From NCBI GenBank assembly GCA_905178155.1, contig CAJINV010000012.1, positions 1,864,492-1,928,491 of the forward strand: 64,000 nt of DNA, given 5' to 3'. The translations under genes were made by a program, and so were the position numbers. Below the pieces are notes generated by a model that saw nothing but the letters and a program-made list of their open reading frames with translations, searched no databases and was not told the origin of the DNA. Of the stretch, positions 24,730-38,700 are shown one piece after another. Within the stretch, counting starts at the first letter, position 1; every line of letters starts with the position of its first letter. The DNA comes from Amoebophrya sp. A120 (lineage: Eukaryota > Protista > Dinoflagellata).

Positions 24730-25854
24730 TTTGATATTCCAACGAGTTGCTGTGGTCGTGGGCAAAAATAGAAAATCGCTCCGGGAGGTCGTATCTAGTA
24801 ATCTTCGCTAGAAAATGAAATCGAAAGGGGAAAATGAATTGTTCGTCAAAAAATGTTGCTTCAAAGGAAAGCGAAAATTCCTATAACAGGGCAAAATATA
24901 ATCCTGAAAAAAAGAGGTAGCACGAAAACACTGATCCAGCCGCTCTGGAAAGTGGTGTGTCGCGGAAAATGGTGAGAAAAGAATGACCGCGATTGTCAAG
25001 TAGGAGCTTGAAAAATAATGCGACAGAGGTCGGTATAAGAAAAAAAAATGTATGTAAAATGGCATGCAATACTGGTCCGATCATGTGCAGCAGCAGCGCT
25101 CCCAATACTACGAGGAGAACGTCTTGCAGCCTAGCCACGCACTAATAGCGTCGATCCACTATGTCTAGGTTTGCGAGATTTCATGATCCAATTGGTCACC
25201 GTCAACATTTATTTCGTCATGCAAAACCTCACCGAGTCCGAGAAGCAGATCAGAAAGCGTGCCGATCATCGGACGTGTCGGCAATTCACCTCCGTTACAC
25301 AACTCCCAGGCATGGGGAATCGGACAGTGAATACTCGATGTAGAGTTGCTGGCTTTGCATTCACAACTGATTCCTCAAGGAGATAAACCAGGAACACCAC
25401 CCAGCTTTTCCAGGATCGCCATTCCTGGCGGCAACTCGGCGCTCCTCTACTTCAAAGCCGTCAAGACATCGAGGAAAACAACGATGAGACTGATTACAAG
25501 TACACACATGGTAGCCCCTCCGCAGCTCGTGGCTGCCAACATCTGCAGATCCTTGTCTACAAAAATTGAAAAAGTATTCGTCAGGTGACGGATACAACAC
25601 GATACGAAAGTGTTTTTTGTTCATCCTCGAGTCGAACAACGAAAGACAACAAGATGAGAACGCAAGCAAAATAGCTTAAACAACCCAGAAGTATTACGCA
25701 AAAATCTAAAATTCTTCGAATCTTTTTTCGATCTTTTCGTATAGTACTTACTACAACGCGCGCTTGCCATTCTGCTCTAAGTAAGTTTCAATTTTAAAGA
25801 TGCTAGTACTCCCTGGTGATGCTGAAGATCAATTTCCTTTCTGTGGTAGCTCTC

Positions 25855-27641
25855 TTAATCGTCAAACAGCCCGCCCTTTGTCGGTTTGTTCGCTCCCAAG
25901 GCGTCATCGTCCCCAAACATGCCGCCGCCACCACTCGTTAAAAGCCCCGCCATATCAAACGTAAAAATGTCTGGGTCTGGAAGGATGCCAGGTTTGTCAT
26001 GCGCACCTTGCACGACTCCTGAAGTCTGTGACGTAGGCTCTAGCATCACAGATTTTGTGGGAGCTTCCTGATGCCTATACCGCATGAGAAATGCCCTCTC
26101 GCCGTGGCATAAACTGGACCTCATTTGCTGTTCACGAAATATAGATCTTTGTAGAATCCAAATTCAGCATTACAAGTTGCAATCTTCCAGACCCAGACAT
26201 TTTTGCATTTGATATGCCATCAGGTTCTGAGTTTTCTTTTCCAACTCTTCCCGCTTTTTCCTCTATGAAAGCCTCACAATGGAAATCCTCAAAGTGGAAA
26301 TACTTTGTGATGCATAAAATGCGACGCAAAAAAGAAAAACCTTGTATTGCAGAGGACGCAATGGAGGCCGACTATTGTGCTTCTACGGGTTCAAAATTGG
26401 GCTGCTGATTAGCACGACAGAAGGGTATCCCTTTGTCTAACTAGCATGACAGACACGTTTTGAGTGCCCGGGAAATTTGTCATGCGCCGACTAGAAATGG
26501 TGCTTCAACTGGAGTCGTCTTTTTGCATTACAAATTTTCACTTCGAGGATTTCCAACCTGAGGGTTTCATATCCTCTCCTCTTCCAGCCGCCTCACCTCT
26601 TCCAGCCGCTTTTGCTCTTCTATCTCCTTCCGCAGCCTCTCCTCTTCTAGTTTTTTCAGTCTTAATTCCTCCTGCTTCCGCTTCTCCTGTTCGAGTAACC
26701 GCCGTCTCTGCTCATCGGAAACGGATGGCGGCTGCGGTTGCTGGACTACCGGCGCAACGGATTGTGGTACCTGCTGCTGGATGGGCGGTGGGTTAAATTG
26801 GTAGTTCTGGTGTAGGTGTCCTCCGGAGGGACTGGTGTGGGGAAATGTGTTCGGGCTCATGCTAGGTTGCTGGGAATGTTGGTGTGGCTGCGAGGGATGT
26901 TGACCTGGAGAAGTAGAGTTTTGACGACAAATGCAAATCCATGTTGAAGTAAAGTTCCAACGATTTTATCAGGCCACGACTAACGCAGGCTACTGATATT
27001 AACTAGTGTCGCACAAAAAGCTGCGTGAAACAAGAAGAACTACCCTCAATACCTCCCCTCCCCGGCGGCTGCTGAATGTGACCCCTTGACGAGAGCTGGT
27101 TGTTATTTGATCCCATCATACCTTGCTGTTTCGCCATCAGGTTTTGCTCCAGTAACCCGCACATCCGCTCTAACAGCGCCTCTTGCCGCTTCGAGGACAG
27201 TAACAGCTCGTGCAACACCTGGTCGCTAGTAGCTGTTCCTTGCGCTGTAGATGAAACTCCTCCGTATGGCACTCCGCCGCCGACAAGCGATGACGTTTTC
27301 GATGCTGATTGTTGCAACGACGAAGCCGCTCCATATGCGATTGGTGCAGGTGGTCCTGGTGCTGCTCCACCACCACCTACAGTCGCTGGGAACAAGGGGG
27401 CGAGCGGCGCCGTGGGAGAAGGAGCACCGGTGGTAGTTGTAGTTCCGGTAGGTTGGCCGGGGGTTCCACCAGCAGCCGCACCTCCTATATTATCCGTCGG
27501 AAAGACGGGGAAGTCGTCGAATGCGTTGGCGCTCAGAGCAGTGGGCTTCGACGTTGTTGCGGCTGCAGGTGGCGCAATGTCGCCGAAGACGTCGTCCGCC
27601 TTCAGCGAAAATTCGTCTTTAAACGGATCGCCGTCGAACAT
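25855..27641 (-). CDS. Hypothetical Pro/Gln-rich coiled-coil protein ending GGLFDD
   Basis: ORF pieces join in frame (EEERKKREELERKTQNLMAGLL) after removing two TIR elements. Confidence 0.6.
25953..26214. mobile_element. Introner family B
   Basis: TIR; TSD cgcca/tgcca. Confidence 0.9.
26264..26571. mobile_element. Introner family I
   Basis: About 37-bp TIR tatgaaa.cctca..tggaaatcctc; TSD tcctc/tcctc. Confidence 0.9.
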
Positions 27642-29053
27642 GGTTTTTGACTTTTGAGTGAGATCAAAAGCAACTCTTCCCTACTTATTGTTCCGACAGG
27701 TTGTAACTCTCTGAAAGCTTCTTGATGTCGCCGGAGTAGAGTCGTTGCTTTTCTTATTCTAGTGTCTAAAAAATATTTCTCGTTGATTGAGGTTACTATG
27801 CTCGTTATCGCTCCTTCTAGCTTGTTCCACACGTCGGACCACAACTTCAATCCGACTTCAATTTATTTTGTGCTCTTGCTGTTGCTAGGAAACCTCCGGA
27901 TGAAGATGACGCTAGAGAAATAGCTCCAATTGAATCATCGCTGATGGACTTCGTGTGAGCTGCGTGTCGACACAGAAACAGGATCTATGCAGGTTGCAAA
28001 ATTGTTTAACTTCTTTCCTTTTGAATGATGATGACCACGACTCCAGTGCGTGGCTAGGCGCTTTTTCGGATGATCTTCGACTACAAAATCGTCCGCATTT
28101 GTGAACATCAAATGCTGACTCTAGCAATCAGCAAGTACCACGGAGGTGTCGTCTCGTGTAGTACTAGTAGTACTCCTGAGAGTAGTTGATCAACAGCTTT
28201 GCTGAGTGAAAAAACACGCTGACTCTTTGTGCAGAGCAGATGGATTCTTGACATCTTCGTCTTCCTGCACCTCTTTGCCGCCTGTAGCTTGAGGTGGTGG
28301 GGAAAAAAATACAAAAATTGTTGATTTCCAAGTAGTATCCGCTCTTGTTAACAACGACATAGAACCACGTCGCATACATCATGGTGTGCAATGTTCTAAC
28401 TTGATGTGTTTTCTTCATTCCACGAATGGGAATGTTTCTGTTTTTTCTGAGGAGGAGGAGGATCCATGTTTTCATCTAGTACTATGCTATCCTCACTTTC
28501 AATATTCATCTTGACTTACAAATGTTGTGTCTACGTGAAGCTGCCTTCCGGAGGAAAATACGAAACAGTAGTAGTTCTAGGACTGCGTTTTTGTCTATAT
28601 TAGCACGTCTTCGACAAGTTGCACAGCTTGAAAAAAATCTCCGAGTCCACTACGAAACACGAACAAGTACATGAAATTTATACACAGCAGGTGTTGTTGA
28701 TTACTTTAGAAAAAAACAACTCAGGTAGCTCTGCTTCATCTCTGCAGAAAAATGCGTTCCTGATAGGTCTTCATCGTAGTTCACCTGCTCTTCAAAAAAC
28801 ACGGTTTAGATTCCGCACTCGCATCAGTCAAACTTATGCCTTCGGCTTAATCAGCTTTTTCAACCGGGAGGCCGCAACGGCTACTTTGATCGCGCCTGAA
28901 GAAATTGAAATAAATTCGTTTATGATTTTGTTCATGTATGAGTCTGTTTCTCTTCATGTAATTCGTCTTCATGCAGTTTGTCTGCATGCAATTTCTCATC
29001 ATGCATTGTAGAAAGCCTCGCTCTATTCCTTTTCTACACTATGCAAATCGAGT

Positions 29054-32000
29054 TCAGAAATCTTCAACTCGCAGGGACAGCTGATGTGATAGTACAACTG
29101 TACCTCCTAAGCTCGTCGTCCCCTCAAGCTTAGTATCCAGAATTCGCTGCAGCGTGTTTGATTTCTCGATGATGGATTCGAAGTGCGGCTTCAACGCAAA
29201 ATACTGGTCCACACAGACGAGGAATTCTGTGCAGTATGGATTGTAAAAGTGTCTGGGTCTGGAAGATTGCAATTTCTCATGCTAAATCTGAATCATGCAG
29301 AAATCTGTGTTGCATGAGTGCCAAAGGGTGTCCACTTTCGACCAAGTTTGGAGGGAGTTTCTCGTGCAGGATAGGCATGGCAGAGACCTCACACACTCTG
29401 TCATGCTAGGTCCCGCATTCCAGACCTCATGAGTCATGGAAAACCTGCGTGACAAGTTTACACTCTTCCAGACCCAGACATTTTTGCATTTGCTATGCAG
29501 TAGATGATGACAAGTAGAAGTAAGACCAAGAACATACAAGTAGAAAATCACATCAGTGGGTGAGCAAAAATTATGGACAGCATTCTGTTATGCATGGAAT
29601 TCTCGTCTACACGTAACCTGAAAAAAAATCTCGTCGTACTTGATACAACCAAACTTCTCATGCGGTTCACCTTGTTAAACAAACGCAAATTTTTATGCAC
29701 AGCATCGTATACCTTCCTTCCCAACCACCCCTGTACTGCTGTCTACTCCCGGCACACCCAGGGAACTGCTTCCAGAAGAAATTCTGGCTGCCGCGGCCCC
29801 GAAGCCCAATCCGTTTCCAACCTCGCCAAAGCTACTCCTTCCGACAGAAGCACTGGAATTCCGTCCAGAAGCACTAGATGCTATCTCGTTGAAGCTTGTC
29901 GTGCGAGATTTTCGTTTTTTCTCGAAATTGTTCGCCACGAAGTCGCTCAGTTTTTGTTGGAAGGTTTTGTTCGCAGTGGAGGATAATGATGATGTTGAAG
30001 ACATCTCCGCGTTCGCTTGCGCGCTGCTCGACCCTCGTTTCTTCGGCGGAGCCACGATGGAGGAGATGTCTTCCGCAATCACGGCTATTTTGGACGCCGA
30101 GCCGTGAATCGCACGCATGGCCTCGTCGACCAGCATTTCGGGTGTCGTCATCGGGTCTTCCTCGTATTCCTTTATCATCATCTGTAGTTTTTATACGTGT
30201 TCTTTTATTCATGGTTCAACATGATAAGATGATGATGGTAACTTCTACAACAAATTCATAATCGCGGTATAATTATGTGGTCGACAAGCTTGACGCATTT
30301 TTTTTTGTCCTTCATGCAGAAAAACAAGATCTCATAGCAATGCAGCCATCCAAGCTCGTTGGTTCTGTTTAGTTCCTGTTTAGATATCTGTAGTCGCGAC
30401 CACAATCTATACCGGCTTCACCGGTTTTCTCTCCGTTCTGCTTTCCAACACTAGTGTCGACAGTACATATTTCGTCTTCCCCAACACATACCTATCCTGT
30501 GCAAAAGTGCCGCTGGCGGCGATTCAAATCAGCAAAACAAATAGCAAGGCATACAAATCTCCTTCTTTTTTCTTCTAGTTCTCCTGTTAAAATAACAATA
30601 CTTGCAGGAAAACTACATGTAATCAATGCTGCAGTGCGTGCGATACACCTTTGCACCATGCGTACTACGCCCCGACCAGAAGCGCGTCCGCGAACTGGGT
30701 GAGAATCCTATCAAGAAGAAAAATCCCCCCTCCCCATATCAAAACGGAAATCTGTGATGCAGATTTGTGGTCACGAATCAGCTTTGTCATGCTGGAAGGA
30801 AAAGGATGCGGACTGTAGTGCTGGGCGGCGTGGGTAGGCCTTGCATCTTCAGCATGACAGGGGGCAGCTGGAAGTGGGAAACAGCGCGACAAATTGCCTG
30901 CAAACGAGGCCACGACTGCGGCTCTTGGCCTTCTAGCAATACAGGTTGATTTGTGCACTCAAATACAGCATCAGAAGTTTCGTTTTCGACATGGGGAGGG
31001 GGGGGGGTCCCTTTAATAAATGCGCGTGTTAAACGAGTTTTTGGAGGCAAACAGCTCCGGCTTTTGCTGTCGTTTCGTCCGCAAGGCGTCGTGGCGAGAA
31101 GAAGTCATATCCTGTGCAAAAGTATCGCACTCGTATAAATGCAAGTCTTGCATTACAAATCTTGTTCCCAAGGCAAATCCGCATTACAAATTTTATTTCT
31201 CATGCTGAGGAAATTTGTAATGCATTTAGATTTATACGAGTACGATACTTTTGCAGTTCATAAATCACGACAGACAGCAAGGAGCATTCGTGCGCGAGCT
31301 CCTGCGAAAAGTGGCAAAATCGCTCCACGTCCTCCGGAGTCCCGGTCCAGCTGGTTTGCGGGCCGGATGTAGAAGAGGTAGCGGTGGGGGTGTGTACGAT
31401 ATGCATTGCAAAAGTATCGCACTCGTACTGATTGCGTTTATGCATATGCATTACAAATCTCTTTGTTAAGGCAAATCTGCATTACAAATTGAATTTGTCA
31501 TGCTAAGTGAGTTAGTAATGCAATCTATACTAGAAGTACGATGCTTTTGCATCATTTGATACACGAGATTTTGCACTGCGGATGAGCTGCAGGCAGGAGA
31601 GGGCTCGACGGTATGCAAGAAAAAAACTGTGTAAGTGTAAGTTTGTGTTGCAGAACGCGCAACAGAGTTACGCCTGTCATGCCAGACAGCCACGAAGCCC
31701 TCTTTTCATGTGTGTTTTGCCTTACAAGCCACGCATGACAGGTTTTCTCTGTCATGTAGAGCAAATTTGTGATGCTGTTCCTCAAAGAAAGTTACACCTA
31801 CACAATTTTTTTTCTGGATAGACGGCTGGAGAAATTCATTTTGCATGATGATGTCATGATCAGCACGGAAATTGAGTATCCTCACACGACAGAGCAAATA
31901 AACAGTTATTTTCTGGTGATGTCACGACAGGATGCAAATTGAATGCAAATAAATATAAAAGGAGAAAAAAATAAAAAATTACACGTCCCTGGTGAAGAGG

Positions 32001-34411
32001 AGCTCGAAGAGGTTCCGGATAATTCCGCCCCGTGGTTTGATATCAGTGGCAAAACTTTACCCGAATAAACATCATTCTGTCATGCAGTCACCTTGTCTAC
32101 TCGTCGAGTGAGTCCTACAATGTGAGGGACGAAACGAAAGAAACAAAACTTCTAGTAGTGCCCTACATGATAAGAATAAAGTAGCCTCTGCCTCTAGAAG
32201 TACCGTGCGACATAGAAAGTTGACCTGACGCTTCGGGGAGGAGCTTGTCACGCACGCATAGCGGTGCTGGTCTCCAGGGTCGAGTGCGAGGAGGATTTCG
32301 AGGCAGACCGCAGACCACCGCTCTTATGCATTGCAAATATACCACCTCGATAATTTGTGATGCGGAAGGTGCGCGACATCAACATCTGTATTGCATGCGG
32401 GCCAATGCCATTGGCCAGCGGTTTTTTTGTCGTGCTCCTATCTATCTATCTATCGTGCGATGGGACTTTTTTTTTTTTTTTAGAACTTTAGGCTGTACGC
32501 GTGGGGTCCTGTAATTTAGTTTGTCATGCTAAATACGAATGAACTCCTCGCAAGACATTAGACCCGATAAACTTGTAATGCGTTCAAGCCATGAAAAGCG
32601 CTGCTTTGTCATGCAAGGCTCGGCATGACAACACTTCTTATCCGGACTATTTGCAACGCATAGCTCTTCAAGCTGGTCAAGAGCTCCAGCTCTCCATCGT
32701 CAAAAACCGTGGCGTATGGGGTGCAAAGGTATCGTACTGGTACTCGTATTGCAGTCATGCATTGCAAATCCTTTTGTTAAGGTAAATCCGCATTACAAAT
32801 GTTATTTCTAACGCTGAGGAAATTTGTAATGCATTTATACGAGTACGATACTTTTGCAGTCCATATGGCAGCGCTGTTGGGCTCCAACATGAACACGCTT
32901 CCGGGGGTATGGAGCTTGCTAAAATTTCATTCCAAAACATCAGAATCAGTAACGACTCGTGCAGCTGCACTACTGAACAATCAAAAGTGCGTGGTGATTT
33001 GTTTCTGCATGCGTTTCCTTTTCCCGGCACGAGACCTCCATCTGCAACACAACTGGAACTACGAGCTGCCGCTTCCGCGAGCGCGTTTTGCAAATTGATT
33101 TCCGCACTACAATAGGCTCCTCTACTAAAACTCACAAGCACGAATGCTTCCGCAGCTAGGCACTGATTCTGATGTTTGTAGACGAAGTGCATGAGATTTG
33201 CACACCGGATAGCGCATCCGGCCAGCGAGTCCCATGATGTTGGACAGCCGGGGCGGCACCCCGACGCCCGACACTCTGGACGAGGCAGATGTTTTAGCAT
33301 CGCCATGTGGCGTTCTCAAACGTTACATTCTCAACTGTTACATAAAGTTGCCATGCAAGAATGGCAAAAGTGAAAGGGAAAAGGTTCTTGCGCCTTTTGC
33401 ATTACAGGTTTGGAGCAGATTCTAATGCTATCGAGTGTGTCGAGGACTTGTCTTGCGAAGCAGCTTCATCATGTAGACGTTGGTGCCAATTTTGCATGAG
33501 AATGTCATGTAACGGTTGAGAATGTAACGTTTGAGAGTCCCATACGCCAGTGTCGAAGGAATCCGGATCATTGATGGAGAACCGGTACCTTCGTGGGGGA
33601 CCGGCAACTATGCACTGCAAAAGTATCACATTCGCAGTATTGCAATACAAATTAGCTCAGAATGACAAATGGAATTTGTCATGGTGATTTAGCTTGAAAA
33701 AGAAATTTGTAAAATGCATAAATGCAATTCGTACGAGTACGATACTTTCGAAGTTCATAGCAACAGGAGCCACACTCGCCTCGGGGGGCGGAGAGCCGAG
33801 TGGCAGCGAGAAATCCGTCGCCGCGTCGGGCATGATAGTGTATGTTGGGTTGAAATAACTACTTCTACAGAACAGAACTCCGTCTTCAAGATTTAGCTTT
33901 AGCGCCGTCACGAGGACCACTGACGTCGGGGAAATCTTCCTCAAGCAGCTCCAACTCGTCCTCTCTTTATATTATCTTCTCTCGGTTACGGTTTCACTCT
34001 CTGAAAAGATCTGTGTCTGATGTCTTGGTTAAAATGAAGCACGAGCGGTCGTGTCGTGCGGCGACTCGCCACGTGCTGGATCTGCCGAGCAGACCTTGCG
34101 AGCAACTCCAGAGGCGAACAACGGAAGAATCAGGAGGGGGAGGCACCGCTGCGTCTCAAGGGGAGCGACCGTCGTTGAGTGCCGCTCCGGCAGTCTCTAT
34201 TTCATGTTCTTGAAAATCATGGCAGCGTCAGTGCTTCTGTTTTCGCTGAAAGCGAAGAACTGTTCTTGATAGGTTGTAGCTGTACAACTTCTGCGGTCTT
34301 TCGATGTGGGACGTCGCCGGCTTGGAGCTGACGACACTCCACTTCGCGCATCCTGCACTCTAGCGGATGCTGCTGCCTGACTTCGGGGAGACCAAATGAA
34401 ATATCATACAC
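29054..34411 (-). CDS. Hypothetical multi-exon protein; boundaries approximate
   Basis: Exons separated by about 10 TIR elements join in frame where checked, e.g. ADALLVGAYVLGKTKY...KPVKP|MMIKEYEED. Confidence 0.5.
29235..29495. mobile_element. Introner family B
   Basis: TIR; TSD tgcag/tgcag. Confidence 0.9.
30493..30664. mobile_element. Introner family A (degenerate)
   Basis: tatcctgtgcaaaagtg start; TSD atacc/ctacg. Confidence 0.6.
30709..31018. mobile_element. Introner family E
   Basis: TIR; TSD aatcc/aatgc. Confidence 0.85.
31108..31262. mobile_element. Introner family A
   Basis: TIR; TSD agtca/aatca. Confidence 0.9.
31400..31561. mobile_element. Introner family A
   Basis: TIR; TSD tacga/cacga. 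Confidence 0.85.
31612..31820. mobile_element. Introner family G
   Basis: TIR; TSD gacgg/gacgg. Confidence 0.9.
32325..32662. mobile_element. Introner, B-like (degenerate)
   Basis: tatgcattgcaaata...tatttgcaacgcata; TSD gctct/gctct. Confidence 0.8.
32715..32865. mobile_element. Introner family A
   Basis: TIR; TSD tggcg/tggca. Confidence 0.9.
33306..33544. mobile_element. Introner family H
   Basis: About 37-bp TIR; TSD cgcca/cgcca. Confidence 0.9.
33609..33759. mobile_element. Introner family A
   Basis: TIR; TSD gcaac/gcaac. Confidence 0.9.
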
Positions 34412-35787
34412 GCAAGTCTGTTGTTACAGGCTAATATATAGTATCTCATTTAAAAGCCCCCATTTACTGGCTTTTTCTTTCTTTCTCTCGTGCCTGGGGA
34501 TTTCTTCATCTTCATTTACTGGTCTTATAATAATGTTTTTTTTGTAATTGTATGAGATCTAGTATAAACCATAATCAAAGAGAAGAAGTGCAGATCCTGC
34601 TGTTAAAGGAGGAATAAGATCGGATTCTGCTCTGCCCCTCTTCCACCGCGGTTCATTGAGATCAACATGCGTCTTCAGGACTTGTACAACAACACTGCAG
34701 GGCCATCTGCAATGATGTTTTGGCAAGCCGAGGCTCCTCATCCTCGTTGGTACGTAGTCGCCCCATCCCGTCACGCTTGGGAAGACACAGCCAGGGAGCG
34801 CACGATCTTGCTACGCAAAGAAAGCGGGCTTTCAAGAGGCTGGCGCTGTCTTCGACCTCGTTCGCCTCTGCTATGTCTTGGCGGCTGTGTCACTGTACCT
34901 GCTTCCTTGTGCCCTGACGTCCAAGCTGACTAGCCCAAAACAGAGTTCTTCGTAAGACAAAAAGATGTTTTTTGAAAATATAAGCAACAGTTGACGTTTT
35001 TGAAAAGGTCGTTTTTCAAAAGGATCGCTTTGGTTTTTCAAAAGGATCGTTTTTCAAAAAGTCTTATAATAATGATTGATTTCAGTCAAATGGAAATACT
35101 TTTTGGCCTTGAGCCATAAAGAAAATAAGGAGAGCTGCAAATTACCTTAAACCAAAAAAATGTCTGAGGGTCTTTTACAACGTACGTATACCGTAAGGAA
35201 GCTCCAGCAAAGCGCCAAAGTCCACAAGCTCTTTCTTTTGTACGTACTGGCGTTTAGATGCACAGATGCTTGCTAGCTTGCAATGCTTCGCACGGACCGA
35301 TGCCAAACTAAACACGCGGAAACTTCGAAGATACGCAAAATTTGCGTCAGCTTGTAAAAATGCATGTAGCAAGTATGTTCAAATTATTCGACGTCGACTA
35401 AAGCTTGTCTTTCTATTGTACGCACGTAATCGTAAACTTAAACACTCAGTTGCACAACCTCAAACAGCTTCCGAGTAAGCCCCGAACGTGTGACGGAGCA
35501 AACTTCAGGCGAGCGTGGCGCCCATCACCTCCTTTGATCCGCCCACCATGTCAACCTGCACGAGGTTTATCTTTACAAGATGGGGGCCGGCCGTTTGGCT
35601 TTATTTGAGGAAGCCTCGTCCCCGTCATTTCCCTAGTATCCCTGAGAAAAGCACACCAATCGCACACAAAAAAACAAATTTGCGCTTTGTAAATTGGCAC
35701 CGCCAATAAAAACTCAATTATGATGCGGAGACCACAAAAGTACTAGATGCCAGTTTCTGATGAGTGCCAAAGTCTGCAGATAAACAA

Positions 35788-38700
35788 TCAATGCATCGTA
35801 GGAGTGATCAGTAGAGAGCTACCAGCAATAAACCATTGTCTTGCATCTAAGCCTGAAACTACTAAAATCCGCAAGAACGCAATTTCTTTTTTCTGGTGCA
35901 GGTGTACAAGTTTTCTGTAGCATATTTTCGGATGAGTTGTTCCCTCGGATTTCTCCCAGTTCTCCAACACCTGCTTCAGCTCTTATCCTGAGTAAAAATG
36001 TACCCACGCCAGAGTTGTAATGCAGATTTGCAAAGACAGGAAGACTTGTGACGCGCATCCCCATGAGAGCCATTTCCAATCGTGTTTGGGAATTTGTGAT
36101 GCTGTGAACAGGATGAGCAGATGAATCTGTGATGCGGCTGCACTTGCTAACCTGCACTACGCTGCATAGTGCAACTTGTCATGCGTGACTCACAAAACTC
36201 CTAGGTTTGTGTTGCAAAATCTTCATCCTGACTCTGGTGGTGTGGGTACGTTTTTACTCAGGATAACTCTTGGTCAAAACTTTGCTGAAGTTCGTTCAAT
36301 TCATATCAACCAGAACAAAATTGTTAAACACGTCAACGGCGGCTTTATTTACAGATTGATTACAGTCAGGCGGGGGCTCAAGCATGACCAATTCCAGCTT
36401 CTAATGAAGACCATCCATGCGGCGCGTCGCTTCTCTGCAGTGCAAAAATAAATTTAGGCCGTGCGCTCTGTTCGTCCGACAGCGCCGCTATTGCGCTACG
36501 AAAAATTATCATGCCGTTACCGTATAACATTTTTTGTCTGTGATAATTCGGCATCGACGGTCTCAAGACCCCGACGAAGACGCTTGAGCGTCTCCTCGAC
36601 CTCATCCTCAAGAGCAATCTCCGTCCTCGCGACTACTGGAGCCGCGAATGACACGAATGCTATTCCGAGTTTGATGTCATCAGGGCTTCGGAGTAGCCCT
36701 AGTTTACTAGCATGGAGAGTAGACTTTAAAGCGGCGCCGAAATCCGTCGAGGCGCGTTTCCCTTCTTCCGTTTCCCAATACTTCGCCGACGCTCTGTATG
36801 CATTGCGAACACGTGGTCCTTCACATCTTTTGCAAAAGATTAACTTATTTTCAATGAAAGCAAGCACTTTGATGTTCTACTTTCTTATGAAAAGTGGCGA
36901 CTTGTTTCACGAATTTGGCCGCCACCTGTAGTTATTCAGAGACCCCAAAATAAAAGACAGAAGTGAACAGTATGGCACTCTCAACTGTTATACTCTCAAC
37001 TGTTACATGGATTTGCGATGCAAGAACGTCAAAACTCAAAGCAGGGAGGTTGTACCTGTAGCATTACAAATTCCGCACAGATTTAGGCGCTATTTAGCCT
37101 TTCCAAAATTTGTCATGCGAAGTAGCTTGCTCACCTTGTGGATGTAGATGCTCGTTTATTTGCATGACCAATTCATGTAACAGCTGAGGATGTAACAGCT
37201 GAGAACGCCATAAACAAGCAGGTGGCGTGCTTCCTGTTCATTTTTCTGCCGTGGACGTGATGATCGCGTGTTTCGTGTGGATAGTAACTCGTCGAGCAGC
37301 CGCAAAACCTGTTTGCGTAATTCCACTACTTTCTTGATTTCCTCCCAGGATGGGCATTGAGAAATTAGGTGCTCCTTATCACGTATGGGAGTGTCAGGAT
37401 CGAAATCGTCAAAATCGAAAAACTTCTTGTAATGCATGAAATGTAGCCCGCGCAAGGTCTCCTGTGTTGGGGCGCAGGCAAATGAGACCGATTCGAAGCC
37501 CGTTTCGGGGAAGACGATGTGCTGCCAGAGTAGGATGACAGGAGCAGTCTTCTTTGCCCAAACAGCGCGACAGAGTGGCTTTTGGTGCTCCCGAAATTTG
37601 TCATGCGCCACTTGGAAACTGAGGCTCCAACTGGTATCGATTTTATGCATCACAAATCATTTCGATTTTGTTGATTTCGATCCTGACAGTTCCATATCAT
37701 GTAAAGGGTGGATAAACTTCTCCAACTTCTTCGCCAACTCTTCGTCTGCCTTTGGCTGAAGTTCGTTCAATTCATGTATCAAATGCAAATACGTCCGGGT
37801 CGGGAACATTCTAAACTTGTGATGCTGTGGTCTTTGGAGTCTAAAAAAAAACTGCATTGCATGACCAGCAAGAGGACTCCAGTTTGTGCTACGCGGAGAG
37901 GGCCGCGCCTCTCACGCAGTAGGGGCATCGCAAAGCCCTCAAAATAAAATCTGTGACGCTGCGGCATGCATGATCACAGACATCATGGGTCATGGAAAAT
38001 GTGCATGCCAAATCTACTAGAAATCTTCCAGACCCAGACACTTCTTTTGCATTTGATATCATATCAACCAGAGCAAAAGTGTCGAACACGTGTTGAGCGG
38101 CTGTATTTACAGATTGCAGTTCACCTCACGCATGACCAATTGAGTCCAGCTAGTGAAGATCATCGTCATGCGCGCTTCTATAAAAAAATAAATTTGAGTC
38201 CTGCGCTCTGTTTCGCCGGCGCCGCTAAATTGCGCTGCGAAAAGTCATTACATATAATGGCGCTACAACCGTGTAACATTTTTTATCCTCTGTGATAGTC
38301 TAGCATTGAGGGGTTGAAGTTTCCGACGAAGATTCGCGAGCTTCCATTCGGCGCGCTATCAAAACGAAAAACCCCCCCTCCCCATATCGAAACGAAGTTT
38401 CTGATGCTGGATTTCCGAACACAAATCAGATTTGTCCTGCAGTAGAGGAGTTGCAGGCATATGCCAAGCCTTAGTCGAGAGGTTTTGACGGAGGCGCCTA
38501 GCATGGCGAACGTGTATGCTCTAAGCCCGACAGCATCACAAACCGCCTGCAAAATGCGGAGCGCTTTCTGGACTTGCCTTCTTGCAAGACTTTGAGGTTA
38601 CAAATGCGCATCACAAATTTTCAGACGGATACGTTTTCGATATGGGGAGGGGGGATTTTTCCTTACGATACGTGCTCAGCCGACATCGAATCCATCATGG

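Noticed and set aside
35108-35122. Possible dinoflagellate spliced-leader relic (minus strand tttatggctcaag)
   Set aside because: Short imperfect match, consistent with chance.
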